Virus record (IMG/VR): IMGVR_UViG_3300032157_000216
Coordinates: 1-63,785 of that record
Source of the DNA: a virus
Taxonomy: Duplodnaviria > Caudoviricetes
Strand: one strand, 5' to 3'
DNA: 63,785 nucleotides
Part shown: positions 55,728 to 63,785 of the stretch, piece by piece
Layout of the letters: the number at the start of each line of letters is the position of its first letter
How positions within the stretch are numbered: the stretch's first letter is position 1
The notes under the pieces: model-generated
Databases searched by the model: none
Seen by the model: only the letters and a program-made list of their open reading frames with translations
What the model was told of the DNA's origin: nothing
Translations under genes and position numbers: made by a program

Positions 55728-56921
55728 TTATGCAAATCCATAAATTACAACATCAGATCCTGGTGCTATACCATTATTGAAAGTAATTTGAAATGGTCCG
55801 GTAACCGTGTATTCTTTTGTTGCTCCTTCTTGTTGAAATATTCCGTTAACAAATACTTGTAGATAACTCTTTGTACCAGATTTTGGAACAGTTCTAATCA
55901 TTGTATCAAAAACTGTTTGTCCTGGAGATGCTGGAAATTCTTGATAGTCAGGTGTATTTGTATTACGCCATTGACTATTAGTATAGAAATAAACCTTATT
56001 ATCAACTAAATCCACAGTGATAGGAGTCTTACCTTGAACTGGTCCCGTATTACCAATTGGAACAATCGGTATACCAACAGGCATACCGGGCATACTATTT
56101 AAATATAAAAATTGAGTAACATCGGTAACTTGTAAACCGAAATTTCCACCTATTGAAACATTTCCTTGAGTGTCTAACAAAAGATTAGAAAAACCAGCAC
56201 CAGTACTTCCACCAACACCGTTTGTAATATAAAACGGTACATGTGTACCTGATCCTCGAACAAAATTCTGAATGCCACATGCTCTATCATTAATAAAGAA
56301 TCCAGAACCTGCACAGTCTACACCCGATTCTTTATTTTCAAGTGACCAAGCTGCGGTTGAACTAGTACCATCCGGTCTTGCAATAATAACTGTCTGATTA
56401 TCTACAGCACCTGTTTTAAATGTAGTTCTAAAGGTCGAAGCTGGATTACTAAAATCACCAAGAATCTTATTACTACCACCATTTAATGCAAGACTGCCAA
56501 GTAATATAATATTTCCAGGTGTATTAACTGACAATGGAGTAATATCTCCGAGGCCGACAGATATATCTCCACCGGATGTAATAGGTCCACCCACTGATGT
56601 AATACCACTTAATCCAACAATACCAACACTTGTTACACTACCGCCACTTGATCCGCTCATAACTGAAGTTATTCTGCCTGTAGAATCAACAGTGAGGTTA
56701 GAATTTGTGTATGAACCAGGCATTACTCCTGTGTTTGATAAGGTAGTAGTAACAATATTATTTAAACCTTGACCAGTTACATCACCTATTAAAGTAACAT
56801 TTGGAAGTTCAAAGAATTGTAAGGTATCAAGATCTTGAACTCCTAAATACATTCCTGGAACCGGTGTCACAGAACCGTCGGGCCATGATACACCATTTAA
56901 AACTGTTCTACCATTTGCCAT
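55728..56921 (-). CDS. Virion-associated protein
   Basis: LSNTGV.PGSY...LTVD..GRIT motif and a C-terminal VFVNG..Q module. Confidence 0.7.
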   Translation of the reverse strand: MANGRTVLNGVSWPDGSVTPVPGMYLGVQDLDTLQFFELPNVTLIGDVTGQGLNNIVTTTLSNTGVMPGSYTNSNLTVDSTGRITSVMSGSSGGSVTSVGIVGLSGITSVGGPITSGGDISVGLGDITPLSVNTPGNIILLGSLALNGGSNKILGDFSNPASTFRTTFKTGAVDNQTVIIARPDGTSSTAAWSLENKESGVDCAGSGFFINDRACGIQNFVRGSGTHVPFYITNGVGGSTGAGFSNLLLDTQGNVSIGGNFGLQVTDVTQFLYLNSMPGMPVGIPIVPIGNTGPVQGKTPITVDLVDNKVYFYTNSQWRNTNTPDYQEFPASPGQTVFDTMIRTVPKSGTKSYLQVFVNGIFQQEGATKEYTVTGPFQITFNNGIAPGSDVVIYGFA

Positions 56922-56957
56922 GATAATCCTCCATTAATACTATATTTATCGGAAAAT

Positions 56958-56984
56958 AAAAAAAGGACTCCGAAGAGTCCTTTT
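56958..56984 (-). terminator. Terminator after the major capsid gene
   Basis: GGACTC-TTCG-GAGTCC followed by a T run. Confidence 0.9.
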
Positions 56985-57011
56985 AGATTTTTTACTAATC
57001 CTGGAGTCGGA

Positions 57012-58184
57012 TCAGTAAAATTTGAGAGTACTCGAATCTATCCCAACCTTGGATAGATAGTCAGCTGCGTTACCAAACGAATTTGCTGTATTGGTAAGTT
57101 CCAAATATCCATAACGTGTCATGAACGAAACAACAGGCTCAAAAGTCTGTGGATCCATAACTGGACCAACGCTCATTAATGGAATGTATGGGCAGTAGTA
57201 AGCTGCGGCATCTGTTTCTGTTGGGCCTTTGTAGCCAATAAGAACTGCTTCACCATCGCTTGCATACTGGTCAACATAAACACGCATGGTGCTATTCAAT
57301 GTACCAACAAATTTTGTATTTGTTGGAGCTTCGAATGTACCTTCTGTGGTGCGTGCGAACGAAGATGTAGTAGCTGTCTGGAGGATTGTCAACGCTGTTG
57401 GCGAAACAACTGCCCAGTTAGCTGCACCACGACGTGTACGTGCTGCAATTAGGTTAGCTTGTTGATTGATCATAACTGCAAGGGCAGCATGTTCATCACC
57501 TACATATGTTGCTGTTCCAGATACGGCTGCTTGGTTGAATGTTGTTGGAGCAACAGGAACCAATGCGCGAAGTTTGAACAACATTTCTTGGTCGATTTCA
57601 ACTGTAATTTCTTGTGCGAGTGCCTGCATAATTTCAGCTTCGATGTCAATTCCATGAATTGCATTAGCATCTTGTGCTGCCTCGAAAGTCCAACGTGCCG
57701 ATAGCCTACGTGTACGGGCCTCAACTGTTTCTTTCAAGATTTGGATGCTAACTTTGTTACCTGGTACACCTTCAAGACGCGCTGTTGCTGCTGCGCCTGG
57801 ATCTGCGACTACTTCGTTACCCGAATATGCTTTAGCAATTTCGAATGGGCCAAGTGCTTCTGTACCAGCTGTAACACCAGCTGCTGTGTTTGCGTAACGT
57901 ACACGCAATGTGTGAATTTGACCGACTGGACCTGTCATAGGCTGAACACCCATGATTTCGTTTGCAATAACGGTTGGCATCACACGTCTAATAAGTGGTA
58001 GCATGACTTTGTTAAGTACAGCGATGTTACCTGCTTGGGTTGCGCCTGCGGTTGCCGATTCAGCTAAGTACCTACGAGTGTTTTCAAACACTACGTCCAT
58101 AGACTGACGACGGGTTCCTTTAAGGCCTTCTAAAAGGGCTTCTTTGGTGTTTGCCCAGTTTGATTCAAATAGCTTTGTTGCCAT
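57012..58184 (-). CDS. Major capsid protein (T4 gp23-like)
   Basis: GVQPMTGPVGQI, R.L.A.WT.E.AQD..A.HG.D.EAE, YCPYIPL and FMTRYG. Confidence 0.95.
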   Translation of the reverse strand: MATKLFESNWANTKEALLEGLKGTRRQSMDVVFENTRRYLAESATAGATQAGNIAVLNKVMLPLIRRVMPTVIANEIMGVQPMTGPVGQIHTLRVRYANTAAGVTAGTEALGPFEIAKAYSGNEVVADPGAAATARLEGVPGNKVSIQILKETVEARTRRLSARWTFEAAQDANAIHGIDIEAEIMQALAQEITVEIDQEMLFKLRALVPVAPTTFNQAAVSGTATYVGDEHAALAVMINQQANLIAARTRRGAANWAVVSPTALTILQTATTSSFARTTEGTFEAPTNTKFVGTLNSTMRVYVDQYASDGEAVLIGYKGPTETDAAAYYCPYIPLMSVGPVMDPQTFEPVVSFMTRYGYLELTNTANSFGNAADYLSKVGIDSSTLKFY

Positions 58185-58201
58185 TGTAAGTTTCTCCTAG
58201 A

Positions 58202-59323
58202 TTACTTTCTAATTCCGGCTAAGGACAAAATATGCTTTAATTCAGATGTCTCTTCTGAAATCTCTTCTTCTTGAGCGGTTCTCGCTCTATCGCCTGTCTT
58301 GGCTGACAATGTCGCCTCAGTTAACTGAGTCTTTTGTGGCTCAGGTTTACGTACAGCGGCTTCATTTAGAACGCTAGGCAAATACTTGTTGTATTGGCTT
58401 TGCAAATTCTTTGTCTGGACCGATTCAAGCAATTCTTTCATTACTACTTTCTTGTCCTTAGACAACGGAGCAAGTAATTCGCTCATAACTTTCTGTCTTT
58501 CAACAAGATCTTGAGTTGCTCTCAACTTGGTATCTAATCCTTCCATCAAGCTCTTGCTCTTCTTGGCAGATTCTGTTAGAGTAGCTAGTTCCTTGTTCTT
58601 AGATTCGACGACCTTTTGTAGCTTCTTAAGCTCTGTACCTTCATTTAGGTACGAAGTCATAAATTCAGCAGCAACGCTTTCGAAAATCTTACGACCAAAA
58701 TCGTTTTCACGGGCAACACGAATGTCTTCCTTGAATTGACCAATTTCTGTGCGTAGAGTCTTTTCAATATTAGACTCAATGATTTGTGCGGCGCGCTTGA
58801 TAAATTGTGCCTTTGTTTCTTGTAGCTTCAGCTTACCTTCGGTAACCATTTTGACTTTTTGTTCCACTAAGGACTTTTTGTCAGCACGGAATTCACGGAT
58901 TTCTTCTGCTAGTTGCTTCAATAAGAAGTTTTCTAGTTTTACGAAGTTTTCTTTCATTACCTTTTTCTCAGCATAGAACTCTTTCATTTCTTTAGCTACG
59001 GCTTCTGTGATGAATTTGTTTAACATTCCTGTGTGCTCAGTCAGTTTACGCTTGTAGGCGACCCTTTCTGTGACAAGTTTTCTCTTGTCTTCGGCGAATT
59101 CTTCGAGTTCAACGCGGACTTTATCTGTTAAGAAACGATCCATAGATTCCACTAGAACACCTTTGTCATGTTCAAACTTACGTGCGAATTCCTCGCGGAG
59201 TGTCGACGCAACTTCTTCACGAGCTTCGGTTAGTCTAGATTCCCACAAACCAATAATTTGATTTCTGATATCTTCGGATAATCCAACGCTTTCGCTCAAG
59301 ATCTCATCAATTTTTTTTGCCAT
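58202..59323 (-). CDS. Prohead core scaffold (T4 gp22-like)
   Basis: Glu/Lys coiled coil lying between the protease and capsid genes. Confidence 0.85.
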   Translation of the reverse strand: MAKKIDEILSESVGLSEDIRNQIIGLWESRLTEAREEVASTLREEFARKFEHDKGVLVESMDRFLTDKVRVELEEFAEDKRKLVTERVAYKRKLTEHTGMLNKFITEAVAKEMKEFYAEKKVMKENFVKLENFLLKQLAEEIREFRADKKSLVEQKVKMVTEGKLKLQETKAQFIKRAAQIIESNIEKTLRTEIGQFKEDIRVARENDFGRKIFESVAAEFMTSYLNEGTELKKLQKVVESKNKELATLTESAKKSKSLMEGLDTKLRATQDLVERQKVMSELLAPLSKDKKVVMKELLESVQTKNLQSQYNKYLPSVLNEAAVRKPEPQKTQLTEATLSAKTGDRARTAQEEEISEETSELKHILSLAGIRK

Positions 59324-59335
59324 CTTGAGTTCCCC

Positions 59336-59980
59336 TTAAATTTTCAACTCGTTGATAAATTTCTGAATATCTTTTACAAGCTGTTTCTGTGCTGCGGCTT
59401 CAGTTAATGCAGACCTTGCGGTATCCATCACATTATGACCACCTTTCATGTTGTAAAGACTTTCATATATTGTTCTAGGAAACGCATTAGGAGCACTTGG
59501 TTGTGCAACGATGTCAACAGTGATAATCTCGAAATCCGAAACTGCACCATCATCACCAACATTTCCAGAACCACGGGAAGAAACGCCCAGCTTTGCGCCC
59601 GATTGAAGCAATGTCTTAACTATGCCTCCCATCGGAGTTGGGACAATTTTCAACTTACCGTATCCATCTGCACCTTCCATCCACATTTCTGTGATAAGGT
59701 GACTCACGCGGTCCAAGTTAATGGAGAGCTCTTCCGGATGGTCGAGTTCTCCCATTACTGATTGACCGCCGCTTAATTTCTCAGTAATTGAATTTACAGC
59801 CCTTGCAATTTCACGAACAGGATAAACACGTTGGTTTTGATTTCTTACGTCACCCTGAATAAAGATCCCTTTCATACAGAGATCTTTACCACCCATCTTG
59901 TTATCTTCTTCTAAAAGTTGTACGTGTGCCCTATCAAATGAAAGGTACTCGTATAATTTATTTGCCATGGCCATCATCAA
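59336..59980 (-). CDS. Prohead maturation protease (T4 gp21-like)
   Basis: GELDHP, VSH.I, GVSSRG.G and DIVAQPSAP.A. Confidence 0.95.
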   Translation of the reverse strand: MMMAMANKLYEYLSFDRAHVQLLEEDNKMGGKDLCMKGIFIQGDVRNQNQRVYPVREIARAVNSITEKLSGGQSVMGELDHPEELSINLDRVSHLITEMWMEGADGYGKLKIVPTPMGGIVKTLLQSGAKLGVSSRGSGNVGDDGAVSDFEIITVDIVAQPSAPNAFPRTIYESLYNMKGGHNVMDTARSALTEAAAQKQLVKDIQKFINELKI

Positions 59981-59984
59981 TCCC

Positions 59985-60989
59985 TTAAGTTGGCTTCTTG
60001 GTTAGAGGAGACTTTGTAAAACCTTCACCTGCAGACTTTCCGCCGGTCCACTTTGCAGTGGTATCAGCATGAACACTATTTTTCTTAGGCTCAACTTTTA
60101 CATTGTCAGAAGGTGTATCATTCTTTGCGGAATCACCCTTCCACTTTCCATATTCGCCGCCGGTAGGTCCACCGCCTAGAATATTTTTCGCTGTGCCACC
60201 ATAATCCTTACGAGTTGGGGCATGTGTATAAGGAGACTGAGTTTGTTCAGCACCAAGTGGTGTATTCTTACCAGTACCAACTAAACCTGCCTTACCTTTT
60301 TGACCAGTATCAGCAACTTTATTTAGAAACTGTGTTTCTTCATCTACTTTCTTATCTTTCTTTGCATCTTTCTTCTGTGGTGCAACTTCTAGCTTCTTGT
60401 CCTTCTTTTTCTCGAACATTGTTGCTACAACTTCACCGACGACTTTCTCTTCACCGCCCATACCGCCCATATCAGGTGCGCCACCGCCGAAGTCATCTTC
60501 ACCACCAAAATCATCAGCAGGTTCAACTTCATCTCCACCGAACTCATCACCTGCTAAATCAGCATGTTCTGGCTCTTGCATTTCTTCACCCATTAGTGCG
60601 TCAAATTCTGCACGAAGTTCAGCAAGTTGAGACTCTAGATCTTCAACACGATCTTCAACGCTTCCTTCATCTTCGCCGCCTTCTTCATCTCCGCCAAACG
60701 GATTATCTCCATCTTCATCTTCGCCGTCTTCATCATCGGCTTCATCTCCACCAGCTTCACCACCGTTTTCTTCATCGGAATCAACTTCTTCCTTATCGGA
60801 AGCAATTTCATCGGTAAAATCTTTATTTGGTTCACCACCGACATCATCCTCTTCTTCTACGATTGTTTCGTAAATTACGCGAGCTTTCTCTACAATGATT
60901 TGGTGAAGAAGTTCAGCTGCCTGGTCAGAGTCTTCTGATAAGAGAAGATCCAAAACCGTTTCAAGCTTTTTTTGTTGTGACATGCCCAA
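59985..60989 (-). CDS. Acidic prohead core-like protein
   Basis: Asp/Glu/Gly-rich; lies between portal and protease. Confidence 0.7.
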   Translation of the reverse strand: MGMSQQKKLETVLDLLLSEDSDQAAELLHQIIVEKARVIYETIVEEEDDVGGEPNKDFTDEIASDKEEVDSDEENGGEAGGDEADDEDGEDEDGDNPFGGDEEGGEDEGSVEDRVEDLESQLAELRAEFDALMGEEMQEPEHADLAGDEFGGDEVEPADDFGGEDDFGGGAPDMGGMGGEEKVVGEVVATMFEKKKDKKLEVAPQKKDAKKDKKVDEETQFLNKVADTGQKGKAGLVGTGKNTPLGAEQTQSPYTHAPTRKDYGGTAKNILGGGPTGGEYGKWKGDSAKNDTPSDNVKVEPKKNSVHADTTAKWTGGKSAGEGFTKSPLTKKPT

Positions 60990-61158
60990 TCTCTCCTTGA
61001 TTAGTTAAAGTTCTAAAATTCCACACACAGTGGTATTCTAGGTATTTAACCTGGAGAAGGGAAATATAGTTGAATATAGCCTAAAAAGAGACTATTTTTG
61101 AAAAAGACGTAGTCTAGCTAATATTTAGCCTCGGTCGACAAGAGATAAAAAACTGCTT

Positions 61159-61383
61159 TTATAGCCCACCAGGTGCTGCGCCTTCTTCAGGTGGTGGAGC
61201 ATACATATCTGGGAGAAAAGTGAGATGCTGCGCTGTTTCATACTTTTCAGCATCTCTGGCTTTCCTAAGTTTTTGAAGATGAAGCATAGTCAAGCGTGGA
61301 CGACGTGTATCATCCATTTTTGCTTTTCCCAATTCATCATCGGCTGGGTCATAATATTCAACGAGGAGATCTTTTGCTTTCAT
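61159..61383 (-). CDS. Small hypothetical protein of the head module
   Basis: DTRRPRLT..L.KLRK; start 5 nt after GATAAATA. Confidence 0.7.
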   Translation of the reverse strand: MKAKDLLVEYYDPADDELGKAKMDDTRRPRLTMLHLQKLRKARDAEKYETAQHLTFLPDMYAPPPEEGAAPGGL

Positions 61384-61394
61384 ATCTATATTTA

Positions 61395-63179
61395 TCAAGA
61401 TCCGAAATTATCTACTTCAGTGTCTGAGACTTCTGCTCCGCCTTCTGGTGCCTCACCGCCCTCTTCACCCTCTGGTGCCATATCATCTATTCCGGAACTT
61501 GTGATTCCTACATCAGATAAGCCTGCCGCTGCGGTATCGCCACCGCCCATATCTCCGCCCATGCCGCCTCCCATTCCACCACCGAGACCTCCACCCATGC
61601 CACCGCCACCAGCACCTCCGGCGCCGCCTGGACCAAATGTCTTGGTAAGGCGACTGCGTTCTTCTTTCCACATACGCTCATTTTCTTCAAGCTCTGCTTC
61701 AGTCCAACCAAGATAACGTTTCAATATAAAACGTTTAGAAACAAAAGAAATATCTGTTAATGCAGTGAAAGTATTAATCTTTGCAGAATCAAGTTCAAGC
61801 TGACGATATTCAGAGAATGATTGTGCTGGTGTAAACGCAAGTTCAAATAAACTATTATCAATAGTTATACCACGACGCTTTAAGAAAAGTTTAAATTCTA
61901 AATCGATAGGATCAATAATCTGCTGTTGGTGACGAGTAATAACCTTTGCAAATCTAAACTCTTGCATAAATGCTGAGCCAACTCTACCATCACTAACTGC
62001 TGTTGTTCCATCTTCCGGACCTGTCGGCAAATACGAACTCGGAACACCCAAGGCACGCAACATCTTATTGTTGAAATACTTCAAATCGTCAATATCGCCT
62101 AAGTTCTCACCGCCCGGTAATACTTCAACTTTAGATCCACGGCCTTCACTTGTTACAGCAAAGAAATAATCTTCCAAAATAGACATAGGATTATATGTTG
62201 AGTCAACCACATTAGCTCCGCCGCCAGTTCTACTTGGAATGCGTTTCTGCTGTACTTCATAACGAACACGTTCAAGATACTGTTGTGCCTTGTTCGGTGG
62301 CATAGTACCTACGTCAATAAAAAACACACGACGCTCTGGCGCACGGTGGACTCGATAGATCAAAATAGAATCTTCTAAGAGCTCTTTTTGCTTATAAACC
62401 TTATAAATTTGCTCTAAGATGCTAAGACCGAAGGGCCATGCAGCATTCATGCCGTCGGATAACGACAATTGCACAATATGTTCGGCGTCGATTGCTGTAG
62501 CTGCACCATCTTGATAATTTGCTGTTCCTGCTCCTCCATAACCTGCAGAAATGTAATTTACATTACCCTGCATTGGTGGAGAGAATACAATACTATTGGA
62601 ACCAAAGGCCTCATTAGAAAGTCTATTTAATTGATTTGTTGCAACCAATCCTTTGATATTTAAATCAATATCTTTAACAAAATATGATTCAATTTTCTTA
62701 CCATTAGATTCATTCACAATAACTTTTTCTACTTTAGCTGGATCAATCCAGTACAGTACAAATGTTTCTGGATCACGTAAAAAGAATTGATCTCCGTACA
62801 CAAGCGTTGAACGAAACATTGACCAAATGCGCTTATTCAATTTATTAAGTCTGCACCACTGACTTAAAGTTTTTTCTAAAATCTGAATTTCAGAAGGTGT
62901 TGGTTCATCATTATATTTTAGAATTAATGGTAATTCTGTTACGCCATCTGGTTCTGTACCAAAGTCAGCAAGAGTATCTAAAGCCGCATGAATTTCATGA
63001 TCGAAATTCATTTGATCATAAACTGCGTATCTTTGTAATCTATCAGGAGGACCTGCATAAACTTCTGGAAGCCAATTGCTATATTTCGATGTAGAAGCAT
63101 AGGCTGACGTCCCGTCAAGTGTCCTTTGATTTACTGGTAAAACCGAATTAACAGGTTTAAAAAATTTACGCCATGTCAT
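61395..63179 (-). CDS. Portal protein (T4 gp20-like)
   Basis: LLED..LIYR..RAPERRVF.IDVG.MP, EDYF and LPGG.NLG.IDD..YF. Confidence 0.95.
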   Translation of the reverse strand: MTWRKFFKPVNSVLPVNQRTLDGTSAYASTSKYSNWLPEVYAGPPDRLQRYAVYDQMNFDHEIHAALDTLADFGTEPDGVTELPLILKYNDEPTPSEIQILEKTLSQWCRLNKLNKRIWSMFRSTLVYGDQFFLRDPETFVLYWIDPAKVEKVIVNESNGKKIESYFVKDIDLNIKGLVATNQLNRLSNEAFGSNSIVFSPPMQGNVNYISAGYGGAGTANYQDGAATAIDAEHIVQLSLSDGMNAAWPFGLSILEQIYKVYKQKELLEDSILIYRVHRAPERRVFFIDVGTMPPNKAQQYLERVRYEVQQKRIPSRTGGGANVVDSTYNPMSILEDYFFAVTSEGRGSKVEVLPGGENLGDIDDLKYFNNKMLRALGVPSSYLPTGPEDGTTAVSDGRVGSAFMQEFRFAKVITRHQQQIIDPIDLEFKLFLKRRGITIDNSLFELAFTPAQSFSEYRQLELDSAKINTFTALTDISFVSKRFILKRYLGWTEAELEENERMWKEERSRLTKTFGPGGAGGAGGGGMGGGLGGGMGGGMGGDMGGGDTAAAGLSDVGITSSGIDDMAPEGEEGGEAPEGGAEVSDTEVDNFGS

Positions 63180-63194
63180 GCTTCTTTCCTTTTA

Positions 63195-63785
63195 TCATGC
63201 TTGCATCTGAGTAGCCATAAGAATCTTTTCATTGACTGAAAGCAGTCTATTAGAATTTTCATAAATTTGTTGCAAAATTGTCCCCTGATCCTTCAATACG
63301 CTATTTATATCGGATAAATCAATCACGGTGTTGGTACCGGAGTGACTAGATTTACCTGGAGTGTTACTTGAGGACCCACCCATTCCTTGTTCATCCGGTG
63401 TTTCCGCTGATGAACCGCCAATCGAGGATCCTGAAGGTCCACTAATAGTACCCCAATTTTGATATAATCCATACCCTGCACCTGCCACTCCACCGAGGGC
63501 GGCCCCGATCGCGGTTCCTGGTCCAGGGGCAATCATGCTTCCAATTAATGCACCTGTACTTCCTAAAGACAAGGCACTCGAGGCTATAGAGGCCGTTGCC
63601 GCCGCTTGTTCATGTCCTGCTTCTGCTAATTCGTCAGCAGCCATATCGAGGGCAAATCCGCCAATTAAACCACCTACACTTCCGGCAATCTTTCCTTTAG
63701 GGACACCACCACCTCTGGGACCTCCACCACCTCTCGGGCTTCCTCCCCTTCCTCGATTACCCCTTCCTCGGCCGCCGCGACCGCG
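63195..63785 (-). CDS. C terminus of a long Gly/Ala-rich protein (tape-measure-like), 5' end outside window
   Basis: The frame stays open to the window edge; RGG-rich stretch then GA.IG..I.PG.GTAIG. Confidence 0.55.
   Translation of the reverse strand, partial: RGRGGRGRGNRGRGGSPRGGGGPRGGGVPKGKIAGSVGGLIGGFALDMAADELAEAGHEQAAATASIASSALSLGSTGALIGSMIAPGPGTAIGAALGGVAGAGYGLYQNWGTISGPSGSSIGGSSAETPDEQGMGGSSSNTPGKSSHSGTNTVIDLSDINSVLKDQGTILQQIYENSNRLLSVNEKILMATQMQA

Noticed and set aside
27221-56921. Diversity-generating retroelement acting on fibre genes
   Set aside because: No reverse transcriptase in the window, and the repeats differ at synonymous sites rather than specifically at adenines.
28858-63532. 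Many plus-strand and alternate-frame ORFs inside structural genes, and 19733-20992 opposite the vWA gene
   Set aside because: Shadow frames of Thr/Gly/Ala-rich or GC-richer genes on the other strand.

Overview
AT-rich segment of a T4-like (gp20-gp23 type) jumbo myophage genome, almost all on the minus strand. The right part (about 25.8-63.8 kb) is a virion module: portal, prohead core, protease and scaffold, major capsid, several long fibre proteins, neck and tail-completion proteins, a NUDIX hydrolase and a free-standing endonuclease. The left part (about 6.6-25.5 kb) is a roughly 18 kb tRNA super-cluster. By hand I read 38 tRNA genes covering all 20 amino acids, interleaved with homing endonucleases, 2OG-Fe(II)/DSBH oxygenase-like genes, proteases, a vWA protein and many unexplained structured RNAs. 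An auxiliary enzyme cluster (desaturase, AsnB-like amidotransferase, methyltransferase) lies at the far left. Two unannotated signals stand out. (1) An eight-copy RNA family has a covarying terminal stem and a fixed AAG-N8-C(A/U/C)GCAA motif, and carries tRNA parts as cargo: isolated Phe, Tyr and Lys anticodon stem-loops, T-arm modules, a complete circularly permuted tRNA-Ile, and one permuted copy inside a tRNA(CAU). (2) At the head of the cluster, a 53-codon leader ORF containing all 20 amino acids is coupled to mutually exclusive antiterminator and terminator hairpins, which looks like an attenuator sensing shortage of any tRNA. Together they suggest an inducible translation-rescue or anti-tRNase system; that is inference. 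All calls come from manual reading, with no database search or folding software.
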